DNA of 64,000 bases from a bacterium (GCA_965233585.1 CBDDTI010000746.1:766720-830719); one strand, 5' to 3'. Shown: positions 10,644 through 20,646, counted from the first letter of the stretch. Notes: a model not told the origin generated them from the sequence alone. Numbers and translations: made by a program.

Positions 10644-11603
10644 TCAAAGGTTTTGAATTTGAGTTTGAGAGAGTCCTGTGACGGATTCAATCAAGTCTTT
10701 ATCCAATCCTTGAGCCAGCATGTTTTGAGCAATTTGAATTTTTTCTTGCTCAATGCCTTTTTCCATTCCTTTTTCCATTCCTTTTTCCATGCCTTCTTCA
10801 ATCCCCTCCTTACGTCCTTTTTCCATGCCTTGTTTGACACCTCTTTCTATGCCTTGTTTGACACCTTTTTCCATGCCTTTTCGGAAGTTAAGTTGTTCAG
10901 CACCTTTGATGACTGCTACAAATTCTTGCCTTTTATAGACCATCTCTAGCTCTTCGGGAGAAAGTCCTGCTTGGTCAACGACCTGCAAGGCTTGTTGAAT
11001 TGTAGGATTCAAAACTTCTGGGATGTCTTGTAGCTGTTCTGCATGCTTGATGAAGTAAATCCATTCTTCTTGCAATGCGTCTAGTTCATCTAAAGACTTT
11101 TGAAACTTGGGAAGTTCTACAAAGATGAGTTCTATGTCATCAGAATATGGGGTCAGTGTCTTTTTGTTCAAAAGTTTAAAAGAATTGATGATGTTGGTAT
11201 TGTCTTCAAACATGATGAAGTCTAGGACATTCAAAGCGATGACAGGGTTCAGCAGGTGATATTGGTCTCCTTTGACCAGTTGCATGGAGTAGTTTTTACA
11301 AGCATTGTAGAGGATTCGCTTCTCAAAACCATCGTGGTTGACAATCTGCATCTCAATCAAGACTTGTTCTCCTGTGTCAAGTCTTGCTTTCACATCAACG
11401 AAGGTGATTTTCATGCCTTGCAGTAAAGGCGGATTGTAAGGGTCTTGAATGACCAAATCTTGCACTTGCTGTTGATGAGGGAACTCTATCATCGCATTGA
11501 GAAAGCTGATCAGCAGCGCTTTGTTCTTCTCATCTCCAAACAACATCTTGAACGCATAGTCTGTCTTAATGTCTAAAAATCTCATGGTCTGATTATGGGT
11601 CAT
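10644..11603 (-). CDS. Rpn family PD-(D/E)XK nuclease / putative transposase (copy 1, intact)
   Basis: FLDIKTDYAFKMLFG, VDVKA, IEMQ, FVELPKF, a G(M/I)EK repeat linker and the C-terminal IAQNMLAQG...TGLS helix. Confidence 0.9.
   Translation of the reverse strand: MTHNQTMRFLDIKTDYAFKMLFGDEKNKALLISFLNAMIEFPHQQQVQDLVIQDPYNPPLLQGMKITFVDVKARLDTGEQVLIEMQIVNHDGFEKRILYNACKNYSMQLVKGDQYHLLNPVIALNVLDFIMFEDNTNIINSFKLLNKKTLTPYSDDIELIFVELPKFQKSLDELDALQEEWIYFIKHAEQLQDIPEVLNPTIQQALQVVDQAGLSPEELEMVYKRQEFVAVIKGAEQLNFRKGMEKGVKQGIERGVKQGMEKGRKEGIEEGMEKGMEKGMEKGIEQEKIQIAQNMLAQGLDKDLIESVTGLSQTQIQNL
10745..10884 (-). repeat. imperfect 12-bp tandem repeats encoding GMEK/GVKQ/GIEE in the Rpn C-terminus
   Basis: About 11 units of the type AAAGG(C/A)ATGGAA. 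Confidence 0.85.
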
Positions 11604-11721
11604 TCCATTATGATGTTAAACCTTTGCTCTCTTTTTGACTCATAAAGTTCTTTAGAATAATGAAGGTCTTCTAAGAGGAGACACCAATCTATTTCTTTTT
11701 TTCTCATTTGACTGAAAATAT

Positions 11722-11928
11722 TTAAACTTCACTTAAGTTTTCTTCTTTATATTTTTTAATAAGACCATCTGCCTTCTCTTTTATATCTTCTAACCAAACG
11801 TCAGAATCAATTTTGTCAGAAGAATTTGTAATGACTGTGACTTTTTCAGAGAGACGGTGAGTGTTTTTCTGAAAAGAATCATAGTCAGCATTGATACCAG
11901 CGATATGTTCTTCTTCTTCTTTTTTCAT
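11722..11928 (-). CDS. small acidic hypothetical protein
   Basis: 68-aa ORF in an AT-rich gap. No family recognised. Confidence 0.4.
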   Translation of the reverse strand: MKKEEEEHIAGINADYDSFQKNTHRLSEKVTVITNSSDKIDSDVWLEDIKEKADGLIKKYKEENLSEV

Positions 11929-12037
11929 AATTCTCTTTAATTTTCTTTAATGTAATATTCAAATTAAAACGCAAATTCTATCACAAAAAATGATTATTTT
12001 TTAAATTTTTCATTCTTTAAAATCAACTTAAATAGTT

Positions 12038-13669
12038 TTAAGCAGCAGCAATTTTGGGAGGAATCCATGACTTACCGGGGATAGAATCCAGTAAGGTTTT
12101 TGTGTAGTCATGTTGAGGATTAGTAAAGACGTCATAGGTTCTGCCACACTCTACAATTTGTCCAAATTGCATGACAGCAATTCTGTCACAAATCTTGGCG
12201 GCAACTCGTAAATCGTGAGTGATAAAGAGAATGGACAAATTCATTTGATTTTGAATGTCTTGCAAAAGTTGCAAAACCTGCTCTTGCACAGAGACATCTA
12301 ATGCAGAAACTGCCTCATCAGCAATGATAACTTGGGGTTTGAGAGCCAAGGCACGTGCAATTCCAACCCTCTGACGTTGACCTCCTGAAAATTCATGGGG
12401 ATAACGTTTGGCAGCCTGTTTGGGCAAACCAACCAAATCTAGCAATTCATAAACTCTTTGGTAGGCTTCTGCTGGAGTAATGCCATGAATGATTGGACCT
12501 TCTGCAATGGCGTCTCCCACTGAACGTCTAGGATTTAAAGAAGCATACGGGTCTTGAAAAATCATTTGAATATGCCTGCGAAATTCATGAATGAATTTAG
12601 GGTCACGCAATTTATAAAAATCTTGACCCTCAAAAATCACTTGCCCTTGGTCAGCTTCTATCAACCTGACAATACAACGTCCTGTTGTAGATTTGCCTGA
12701 CCCTGATTCACCTACGATGCTAAACGTCTCACCTTGACGAATACTAAAATTGATGTTATTAGAAGCATGCACTTCACGGACTTTCTGACCCCAAAGACCC
12801 GATTTAGAAATATACTTTTTGTCTAAATTTTTGATTTCAAAAATAACAGGCGTGTTCAAATCTTGTCGTTTTTCAGGAATAAAATGAGGCACGGCAGCAG
12901 CAAGTTTTTGAGTGTAGGGGTGTTGCGGTTGATTGAGGACAGCATTGGCAGTGCCTGATTCTACAACTTTCCCCTCTTTCATCACAATGACACGGTCTGC
13001 AATTTCTGCAACTACTCCAAAATCATGCGTGATAAACATGACTCCCATCTTATGACTTTTTTGTAAATTCAAAATGAGTTTTAAGATTTGTGCTTGTGTG
13101 GTGACGTCAAGGGCAGTGGTTGGTTCATCTGCAATCAAAACCTTCGGTTCCATCGCCAATGCCATAGCAATCATCACACGTTGTCTCTGTCCACCTGACA
13201 GATTGAATGACCAGCTGTGATAAATTTTTTCAGGTTGTGGCAAGCCAACATCTTCTAGCAGTTGAATAGATTGAATTTCTACCTCACGGGCAGACATGGT
13301 GCTGTGATATTGAAACACCTCTGACATCTGCTTGCCTATTTTCATCATTGGATTGAGTGCCGTCATCGGTTCTTGAAAAATCATGCTGATTTGAGAACCT
13401 CTGATGTTGCGAATCTGCGAGGCTTTCAGTTTCAGCAAATCTTGGTTTTCAAACAAAATTTGCCCCTGCACAGGCTTCACGTGAGGCAAGGGCAAAAGTC
13501 CCATGATAGCGTTGGCAGACATAGATTTGCCTGACCCTGATTCACCCACTATACACAACACTTCTTCAGGATAAATCTCAAAGTTCACATCTTCAATAGC
13601 AAGGGGACGGTCTGCCCCAACTGGTAGCGCAATAGACAAGTTTTCAACTTTTAAAATAGGTACAGACAT
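12038..13669 (-). CDS. peptide ABC transporter, double ATPase (DppD/F fusion)
   Basis: Two Walker A motifs GESGSGKS, signatures LSGGQRQR and FSGGQRQR, DEPTTALD. Confidence 0.95.
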   Translation of the reverse strand: MSVPILKVENLSIALPVGADRPLAIEDVNFEIYPEEVLCIVGESGSGKSMSANAIMGLLPLPHVKPVQGQILFENQDLLKLKASQIRNIRGSQISMIFQEPMTALNPMMKIGKQMSEVFQYHSTMSAREVEIQSIQLLEDVGLPQPEKIYHSWSFNLSGGQRQRVMIAMALAMEPKVLIADEPTTALDVTTQAQILKLILNLQKSHKMGVMFITHDFGVVAEIADRVIVMKEGKVVESGTANAVLNQPQHPYTQKLAAAVPHFIPEKRQDLNTPVIFEIKNLDKKYISKSGLWGQKVREVHASNNINFSIRQGETFSIVGESGSGKSTTGRCIVRLIEADQGQVIFEGQDFYKLRDPKFIHEFRRHIQMIFQDPYASLNPRRSVGDAIAEGPIIHGITPAEAYQRVYELLDLVGLPKQAAKRYPHEFSGGQRQRVGIARALALKPQVIIADEAVSALDVSVQEQVLQLLQDIQNQMNLSILFITHDLRVAAKICDRIAVMQFGQIVECGRTYDVFTNPQHDYTKTLLDSIPGKSWIPPKIAAA

Positions 13670-13714
13670 AGAATGAATTTTGGTTGAAATGAAGTGGATT
13701 GGTTGAATTTGAGT

Positions 13715-14605
13715 TTACGCCTTACGTTTCCTTCCCCGTGGGTCTAGTGCGTCTCTAAGACCATCACCAACCAGATTAATTGCCAACACGGCAATGAGAA
13801 TCATAATTCCCGGGAAGGTGATAATCCACCAAGCACGCAAGATAAATTCCCTTGCATCACTGAGCATCGTCCCCCATTCAGGCGTCGGTGCTTGCGCACC
13901 AATTCCCAAAAATCCCAAAGCTGCTGCATCAAGAATGACAGAAGAAAAGCTCAACGTTGCCTGCACAACCAATGGAGGCATACAGTTTGGCAAGATATGC
14001 AAGAACATCTGACGAAACTTGCCAGCCCCCAAAACCACTGCTGATGCTAGATAATCTTTGGCTTTTTCATTCATCACTTGTCCCCGTGCAAGCCTGACAA
14101 AGTGGGGTAAATAGACAAAAGCGATGGCAAGAATTGCATTTCTCAAACCCGGTCCCAAAATTGCCACCACCACCAATGCCAGCAAAATACTGGGAAAAGA
14201 TAAAATGACGTCCATCACTCGCATAATCAAGGTGTCAATCAGACCACCAAAATAGCCAGAAACTAGACCAAGCAAGATGCCAAGAATTAAAGACATCGTG
14301 ATGACCACTAAACCAATGGAAAATGAATAACGTGTCCCATGAATGAGCCGAGACAAAATATCACGACCCACCGCATCAGTGCCAAGAACAAACTGCCAGC
14401 TTCCCCCATCTTGCCAAACAGGAGGCACCATCAAAAAGTCTCTGAATTGAGAGCTTGAATTGTAAGGGGCAATCCATGTTCCAAAAATGGCAAGAATGAG
14501 AAAGACTGCCAAAATACCTAACCCCAACACTGATGCCTTGTTTTGTGAAAACGATTGCCAGAGTTCTAAATATTGCTGCGTTTTTGAGTTGGTTTGTGTC
14601 TCCAT
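13715..14605 (-). CDS. dppC: dipeptide ABC transporter permease
   Basis: LGTDAVGRDILSRLIHG, HILPNC, PTPEWG, GDGLRDALDP. Confidence 0.9.
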   Translation of the reverse strand: METQTNSKTQQYLELWQSFSQNKASVLGLGILAVFLILAIFGTWIAPYNSSSQFRDFLMVPPVWQDGGSWQFVLGTDAVGRDILSRLIHGTRYSFSIGLVVITMSLILGILLGLVSGYFGGLIDTLIMRVMDVILSFPSILLALVVVAILGPGLRNAILAIAFVYLPHFVRLARGQVMNEKAKDYLASAVVLGAGKFRQMFLHILPNCMPPLVVQATLSFSSVILDAAALGFLGIGAQAPTPEWGTMLSDAREFILRAWWIITFPGIMILIAVLAINLVGDGLRDALDPRGRKRKA

Positions 14606-14740
14606 TTTAAATTTTAGAAAAGTTTGGATTTTAGAAAAGTGTTGATTTAATTTCGGTCAAGCTCTCGTTCTACTGATTCATCATCAAGCTATCAATCTTT
14701 GAAAATGTTAATTATTGAAAATGTTAATTGTTGAGGCATG

Positions 14741-15856
14741 TCAATTTTCAGAAGTATCAAGCAGTTGTTGGAGAATTTTTGCAATGCGGGGTGCGGTTTG
14801 TCCGTCCCACATTTCAGGGGTCGCACAAGAACTGAAGTCTGTTTGTAGAATCTCTTTTGCTCTTTTGGCAACAAGAGAGGCATCTAATGCAATCAATTCA
14901 TTTGTTCCACAATCAATGGTGACGGGACGTTCTGTTGAGCTGCGAATGGTCAAGCAAGGTGTTTTTAAAAAAGTTGTTTCTTCTTGAATCCCCCCAGAAT
15001 CAGTCATCACCAGAGACGCTTTTTCCATCAAGTGTAAAAAGTTTAAATAGTCGCAAGGCTCGGTCAAGACTAAATTTTCAAGGGATTTGAGTTGGGTCAG
15101 CAGGTGAGATTCTTCCAAGCGGCTTTGGGTTCTGGGGTGCAGAGGAAGCACCACAGGTTGAATGGACGTCAGTTGCTGTAAAATGTCCACTACATGCTTT
15201 AAATTTTCAAGATTGTCCACATTCACAGGGCGATGAATGGTAGCCAAAATGAACTGTTTTTCTGTTAAATTCAGCTCTTTCAAAATCGTTGTCTGACGTG
15301 CCTGTTGCTGAAAAGCAACCAGCGAATCAATCATCACATTGCCCACAAAAAAGATTTTTTCATCAGCAACACCTTCTTTCTCCAAGTTACAAACCCCGCT
15401 CGGTTCTGAGACAAACAGCCAATCTGCCAAAGCATCTGTGACCAATCTGTTGATTTCTTCAGGCATGGAACGGTCAAAGCTCCTTAACCCTGCCTCCACA
15501 TGAGCCACAGGAATCCCCAGCTTTGCACACACAAGAGAACAAGCCAACGTAGAGTTAACATCACCAACCACGATGACTGCATCAGGTTTTTCCTCCAAAA
15601 CAACCTTTTCAAACGCTGTCATTACCAATGCTGTTTGTTCGGCATGACTTCCTGAACCCACGCCCAAATGACGATGAGGCTTTGGCATTTGAAATTGCCG
15701 AAAAAACACATCGCTCATACTATGGTCATAGTGTTGTCCTGTATGAATGATATAAGAGTCAAACGCCTTGCTTGCCTCAAATGCACGATGAAGTGGTGCA
15801 ACCTTCATAAAATTAGGTCTTGCTCCAACAATATTAAAAAGTTTCCACCGCCTCAT
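14741..15856 (-). CDS. wecB: UDP-GlcNAc 2-epimerase (non-hydrolysing)
   Basis: VGARPNFMK, HTGQHYD, HVEAGLRS, TDSGGIQEE. Confidence 0.93.
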   Translation of the reverse strand: MRRWKLFNIVGARPNFMKVAPLHRAFEASKAFDSYIIHTGQHYDHSMSDVFFRQFQMPKPHRHLGVGSGSHAEQTALVMTAFEKVVLEEKPDAVIVVGDVNSTLACSLVCAKLGIPVAHVEAGLRSFDRSMPEEINRLVTDALADWLFVSEPSGVCNLEKEGVADEKIFFVGNVMIDSLVAFQQQARQTTILKELNLTEKQFILATIHRPVNVDNLENLKHVVDILQQLTSIQPVVLPLHPRTQSRLEESHLLTQLKSLENLVLTEPCDYLNFLHLMEKASLVMTDSGGIQEETTFLKTPCLTIRSSTERPVTIDCGTNELIALDASLVAKRAKEILQTDFSSCATPEMWDGQTAPRIAKILQQLLDTSEN

Positions 15857-16166
15857 TAGACCTTCCTAGACATTGGGGACTCTTACCCTTGTGATGATTT
15901 GAATCCTGCCACTCTTGGGGAGTGTAAGTTTTAAGAGCCAGTGCATGTATTCCATTTTGAAGTTCGTTAGCCAAAATGGCATACACTTGTTGATGTCTTT
16001 TAACTCTGCCCATACCCTCAAAGTTTTGCGAGACCAACACCACCCTGAAGTGTGTTTCAGAATTTTTTGGGACGTTGTGTTTGTGGCTTTCATTGATGAC
16101 TTCTAAATAAGTCAGGTGGAATGCAGATTGTAATTTGTCTTCTAAAAGTAACCTGATTTGCATCAT
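15834..16166 (-). CDS. bolA: BolA family protein
   Basis: NESHKH, SETHFRV, RVKRHQQVY, IHALAL, SPQCLG. Start moved to ATG 16166. Confidence 0.9.
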   Translation of the reverse strand: MMQIRLLLEDKLQSAFHLTYLEVINESHKHNVPKNSETHFRVVLVSQNFEGMGRVKRHQQVYAILANELQNGIHALALKTYTPQEWQDSNHHKGKSPQCLGRSNEAVETF

Positions 16167-16281
16167 ACGTTCGGCACTATTGTTCAAAAAGGCTTTCAAA
16201 AAAAGTGCTAGCTTATCAGCCCTTCCACAAAGAAACAAGACCTTTTTCAGGTGATAAAAATCTTGTCCTAATGTATAAAAA

Positions 16282-16680
16282 TCACTCTGCAGTTGTGCCA
16301 AAAATGATACGTTTTGCTCCAACTTCTTTGAGCAAGTTCATCAAAAAAACGGTTGTGCCATGTTTGACACGTTTGTCAATATGCAATGCAATCACAGAAT
16401 CTGGCTGTTCCTTCATCAAAGAAGCAATGCGTTGTTGCAACTGGTCTTGTTGCATTTTTTGATTTTGAAACCAGAAAGTTTCATCGTCTTTGACAATGAT
16501 TGTAGGAATGGTAGCACTGCCTTTTTCATTCTGTTTGCTTTGAGGCAATTTGAGACCAATCGCACCTTCATCTACAATTTGGGAAGAGACTGCAAAAAAG
16601 ATGATTAAAACAAACAAGACATCAATGAAAGGAGTCAAAAGCGGTGCTGGTTTTTTACGGTGCCGATGAAAGAACTTCAT
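16282..16680 (-). CDS. exbD: ExbD/TolR family protein
   Basis: LTPFIDVLFVLIIFF. Follows an ExbB-like gene. Confidence 0.88.
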   Translation of the reverse strand: MKFFHRHRKKPAPLLTPFIDVLFVLIIFFAVSSQIVDEGAIGLKLPQSKQNEKGSATIPTIIVKDDETFWFQNQKMQQDQLQQRIASLMKEQPDSVIALHIDKRVKHGTTVFLMNLLKEVGAKRIIFGTTAE

Positions 16681-17306
16681 GATGGATTTGGGAACAACAG
16701 CTGATAAAATTGCAACGTTTCTCTTTCTAATTGCAAAGCTAAAGCCTCAACTTTTCTGGAAAAATAGCCGTATGCCAAAGAAGCAGGAATGGCGATCGCC
16801 AATCCAAAGACGGTGGTGATGAGTGCTTGAGAAATTCCGCTGCTCAAGGCACTGGTGCGGTCTAACGTCTGCAAAGACAGGTTTGCAAACACATCAATCA
16901 TGCCAAGAGAAGTGCCAAGTAGTCCCATAAGGGGTGCCAACCCTATTGTGGTTTCCAAAAAAGACAACCCTCTTTCAAGCAAATAAATTTCATGTCTGGC
17001 ATGCACCTCTACCGATTCACGAAAGTCAGTTTGATTGGAGTGATGTGAGGCATGTTTGAGAACCCTTGCAATGGGAAGATGAGACAAGGTCAAAAAATGT
17101 TGCAACTTCTCAGGATTTTGTAAGGCAATTTGTTGAAGCTGTTGTATCTGTTTTTTTGGAAAAAGCCTTCCCCGGCGAATCATAAAAGCTCTTTCAATAG
17201 CAATCGTTAAAGTCATTAACGAAAGCACCCAAAGGGGAATCATCATAATTCCCCCACGTTCATACAACATTTGAAAGACTTCCAGTTGCAAAAATTCTGG
17301 AATCAT
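16677..17306 (-). CDS. exbB: MotA/TolQ/ExbB proton-channel protein
   Basis: APLMGLLGT, GISQALITTVFGLAIAIP. ATGA overlap with the methyltransferase gene. Confidence 0.88.
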   Translation of the reverse strand: MIPEFLQLEVFQMLYERGGIMMIPLWVLSLMTLTIAIERAFMIRRGRLFPKKQIQQLQQIALQNPEKLQHFLTLSHLPIARVLKHASHHSNQTDFRESVEVHARHEIYLLERGLSFLETTIGLAPLMGLLGTSLGMIDVFANLSLQTLDRTSALSSGISQALITTVFGLAIAIPASLAYGYFSRKVEALALQLERETLQFYQLLFPNPS

Positions 17307-18481
17307 CGCGTTAAATGAATCAAATGCTCCCATCGTCCTTGATTTTCAAAAACTTGTGCTTGTTGTGAAGAATGACAAGCTCTTTGGATTGAGACAGCAG
17401 AACTGACACAGAACCCGACGCTGTCTGCATATTTTTTCATGTAATCCAAAGCACTGACTGGCTTCTTTCCCTCCGCCCAGTCTCCCATGACCAAATAGCA
17501 TGAACCACTCGGTTTGAGTATCCTCCTCAATTTAAGTAACACCTGACGAAATTGCTCCCGCCATTTTCCTGAAACACCAAAACGTTTGGCTCCTAGCTCA
17601 CCTTTTTGAAAGCTCTCTGAAACCAAATTAAGCCACTGCATTCTTAGCTGATGTTGTTGGTAATAATCGTAAGTGCCAGGGTAAGGAGGGCTTGAAAGAA
17701 TGAAGTCCATTGTGCCTGCTTGGAGTTCTTGAAAGTGTGACATATTCTGGCAAAAGACAGTGGCAGAATTTGCATGAAAGCCGACTTTTTTAGAAAACTT
17801 CGTTTGTGCCTCAACCAGCTCCTGAGTTTTAGAAATCATCATGCGAGAAAATGCTCCTTTGGGGTACTGAATAGGCTGTTTTGAAACCTGTGAGCTAGAG
17901 TCAGATGAGTAATAAGAATATTTAACAACGAGTGAAGAAAACACTGCCTGTAACGTCTGCTTGTCTGTGTCATACTGAAGTCCATCAATGGCTTCAATCC
18001 ACTCCAACGCTTCTACAAAAAGATGAGGTGGGTAGCTCTGCCTCAACGCCTGCAAGTGAGGTCTATTGAACTTTTTGCGATATTTGAACTTTTGGGAGTT
18101 GGTCACCCGTTCTGCAATCCTTTTAGCATGAGAGACAACATGAGACTGCCTTTGTATCAAACGGGTACGTTCTTTGGCAATCAGGCAGGCAATCGGGTTG
18201 AGGTCATTGCCAAAGACTTTTAAATTTTTCAACATGCCTTCCACAAGAACCGTTCCCCCACCCATGAATGGATCAAACACGCTTTGATTCGCTTTTCCCA
18301 CTTCCTGAAAAAGAGTATGTGCAATTTTAGGGTGAAAGCGTCCGGGGTACGCATGGAATTTGTGAGTCAGAAAATGTTGTCCATACTGAGAGGCTTGAAA
18401 CGCCTTCAAAAGTAACCCTGAATTTTTACCAAATTGTTTAATGTCAAGGTCTGCTTGAGATGCAGAACGTCTGTGATTCAT
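17303..18481 (-). CDS. amino (N4-C/N6-A) DNA methyltransferase, orphan
   Basis: HAYPGRF, SAM-binding FDPFMGGGT, and catalytic SPPY near the C-terminus. Confidence 0.75.
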   Translation of the reverse strand: MNHRRSASQADLDIKQFGKNSGLLLKAFQASQYGQHFLTHKFHAYPGRFHPKIAHTLFQEVGKANQSVFDPFMGGGTVLVEGMLKNLKVFGNDLNPIACLIAKERTRLIQRQSHVVSHAKRIAERVTNSQKFKYRKKFNRPHLQALRQSYPPHLFVEALEWIEAIDGLQYDTDKQTLQAVFSSLVVKYSYYSSDSSSQVSKQPIQYPKGAFSRMMISKTQELVEAQTKFSKKVGFHANSATVFCQNMSHFQELQAGTMDFILSSPPYPGTYDYYQQHQLRMQWLNLVSESFQKGELGAKRFGVSGKWREQFRQVLLKLRRILKPSGSCYLVMGDWAEGKKPVSALDYMKKYADSVGFCVSSAVSIQRACHSSQQAQVFENQGRWEHLIHLTR

Positions 18482-18501
18482 AAACCTTTGCTAACCTTCG
18501 C

Positions 18502-18972
18502 CTACAACGATTGAATTTGCATTGAGATAGAAATCATCTCTAAAGCGGCAATCATCGCATCAGCACCTTTATTACCCCCCTTGATTCCTGAACGTTCAAA
18601 AGCCTGTTCCATCGTTTCAACAGTGATGACCCCTAAAATGATGGGTGTGTTCAACTCTAAAGAAACAGCACCAATTCCATTTGAAGCGTGCGAGCAAACA
18701 TAATCATAGTGGCTGGTGTCGCCGCGAATGACAGCACCCAAGCAGACAATGGCATCATATTTTTGTTTTTGTGCAAGTTGTTTGGCAATCAAAGGCAATT
18801 CATAAGCGCCGGGAACATGAACAACGACAAGCTGTTCTTCTTGTCCTCCATGTGCTTTAAACGTTTCTGTCGCCCCCTGTTCTAGCTTCTCTGTGATGGT
18901 GCGGTTGAAGTCAGAAACAACAATCGCTACTTGAGCAGAAGAAAGGATTCTTTGAGGTCGTAAAATTTTCAT
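18502..18972 (-). CDS. ribH: 6,7-dimethyl-8-ribityllumazine synthase
   Basis: VPGAYELP, LGAVIRGDTSHYDYV, GNKG. Confidence 0.97.
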   Translation of the reverse strand: MKILRPQRILSSAQVAIVVSDFNRTITEKLEQGATETFKAHGGQEEQLVVVHVPGAYELPLIAKQLAQKQKYDAIVCLGAVIRGDTSHYDYVCSHASNGIGAVSLELNTPIILGVITVETMEQAFERSGIKGGNKGADAMIAALEMISISMQIQSL

Positions 18973-18984
18973 TGTTTCAGTTAT

Positions 18985-20316
18985 TTAAAGTTCAAGGTTT
19001 GTAAAGATTTCCAAAGCGGCTTCTCCAAGGACGTCTTGGTGGTCTAAATCTCGCTTAATGCTTAAGTCTCTTTCAGTCATCAAATCTACAAAAAAAGGTT
19101 TGGCGAAGTCATTGCCATCAGCATCACGAAACACAACAACCTGCGGTCTTTCTAAATCGTCTTTTGGCACATTGACCACAAAAGCAAGCGTTCCATCACT
19201 TAACTCTAACAATGAGCTTTTGGGATACATTCCCATTGAATTGACAAAGTCGTTCCAAACATCTTGGTCAAATTCCACCCCTGCCAAAGAGCTGATAAAA
19301 CGAATGGCAGCAGGAGGCGCCCACGAACGTTTGTAGGAACGTCTGCCTACCAATGCTTGATACACATCAACAATGGAGGTAAGCCGTGTTTCGTAGAGGA
19401 CATCTTGATAACTCACACCTTGAGGATAGCTGGAATTAAGTGAATCATTGCACTTGACATGATGATATTGAGCCATGTTGACAATGTATTCAGGCATGCC
19501 CATTTCGCTGAGTAATTGCCCACCAAAAACGGGGTGAGACTGCAACATCTTCATCTCTGCACTTTCACGTTCAAAACGTTCATTGCTTTCCAAAATGTCT
19601 TTTGGCACTTTTGCTTTGCCAAAGTCGTGCATGAATGCCCCAAACATTGCAAAATTACGGTCTTTAAAAATCGGGGCTTGTCCTTTTCGTGCTTTGATGT
19701 CGTAGTAAACGGTTGTAAAAATGGCAGCGGCATCTATACAATGCGCATAAGTTTGGTCGCTACTTTCCAAAGAGGCAACAGCACTCAATGCTTCAGAGGT
19801 GGAATTATTCATGATGTTGTCAATGCTGTATTTGACTTCTTTGGGGTTCGGTTTACCCAGCCTCGTTTTCTCCAGCATATTTTCTGCAGCCTCTTGACCT
19901 TGCTTTCTAAATTTCAATGCTTCTTTGGTCTTAGCAATGAACTCACTTGCTTCTCTAATGCCTTGTTCATTGATTGCTTTTTTTGAAGAACTGTTATCAG
20001 AGTTGACAATCATAAACTCAGTGAAGCCTCTCTTTTCCAGCTCTACTAGTAATCCTTGGGACACAAGCGTCAGCTGTTGGAGCGTGTTAGGAAGGTCAAA
20101 AATTTTGAGAAGTTGGTCTCCTTCTTTTAAATCTTTTGGGTTGCATGTTTTTTGAGACCCATTGCGATTGATGTCAACGAGGGTGCCTGGGAAATTGTGA
20201 GAGAGGAAACGAATCTGCTTATTTGTCATCTGTTTGTAGTCTTCAGAAAATCCTACAAATTCAAAAATTCGCATATTAGGCTTCAAGTTTTTCAAAGCCA
20301 TCTTTTTGTAATCCAT
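18985..20316 (-). CDS. HD-GYP-type metal-dependent phosphohydrolase
   Basis: TYAHC, MHDFGK, QYHH, SSYP, IVDVYQAL, RRSYK, and GMYP...ELSDG C-terminus. Confidence 0.8.
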   Translation of the reverse strand: MDYKKMALKNLKPNMRIFEFVGFSEDYKQMTNKQIRFLSHNFPGTLVDINRNGSQKTCNPKDLKEGDQLLKIFDLPNTLQQLTLVSQGLLVELEKRGFTEFMIVNSDNSSSKKAINEQGIREASEFIAKTKEALKFRKQGQEAAENMLEKTRLGKPNPKEVKYSIDNIMNNSTSEALSAVASLESSDQTYAHCIDAAAIFTTVYYDIKARKGQAPIFKDRNFAMFGAFMHDFGKAKVPKDILESNERFERESAEMKMLQSHPVFGGQLLSEMGMPEYIVNMAQYHHVKCNDSLNSSYPQGVSYQDVLYETRLTSIVDVYQALVGRRSYKRSWAPPAAIRFISSLAGVEFDQDVWNDFVNSMGMYPKSSLLELSDGTLAFVVNVPKDDLERPQVVVFRDADGNDFAKPFFVDLMTERDLSIKRDLDHQDVLGEAALEIFTNLEL

Positions 20317-20319
20317 AAT

Positions 20320-20646
20320 TTAAGATGTTTGAGATTGACAAATAGGGCATTGGCAAATGTTCCGCAACATACGGAAAGTGTAAATGCCAGTCTGATGATT
20401 GTCAGACCATGAAATGTTTAATGCGTAACTCCCAACGTAGTAGCAGTTGACAATGGAGACATGGGTTGGAATTTGAGTGGGGTCTAAAATTTTTTCCCCT
20501 GTCAATTCATGGATACACACTGCACAAGGACAGGCACAACGTAGGGTAAAGAAATCATATCGGCTTTCATGCCCATCTTTCCACAAGATGTATAAATCCT
20601 TGTCAAAAAGAACTGCCTCTACACGATGATGCCCCCTTTTTTTCAT
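20320..20646 (-). CDS. DUF971 / GBBH-like N-terminal domain protein
   Basis: WKDGH, LRCACPCAVC, VGSYALNISWSDNHQTGIY. Confidence 0.88.
   Translation of the reverse strand: MKKRGHHRVEAVLFDKDLYILWKDGHESRYDFFTLRCACPCAVCIHELTGEKILDPTQIPTHVSIVNCYYVGSYALNISWSDNHQTGIYTFRMLRNICQCPICQSQTS

Noticed and set aside
10745..10884. Tandem repeats as a CRISPR array
   Set aside because: They are 12-bp in-frame coding repeats with no unique spacers and no cas genes.
9455..11930. Complete diversity-generating retroelement
   Set aside because: No reverse transcriptase or template repeat was seen in the window.
16167..16322. N-terminal extension of BolA given in the ORF track
   Set aside because: It overlaps exbD and lacks BolA similarity. 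ATG 16166 gives a normal size.
17303..18481. Complete restriction-modification system
   Set aside because: The neighbours are ribH and exbB, and no endonuclease gene is adjacent.
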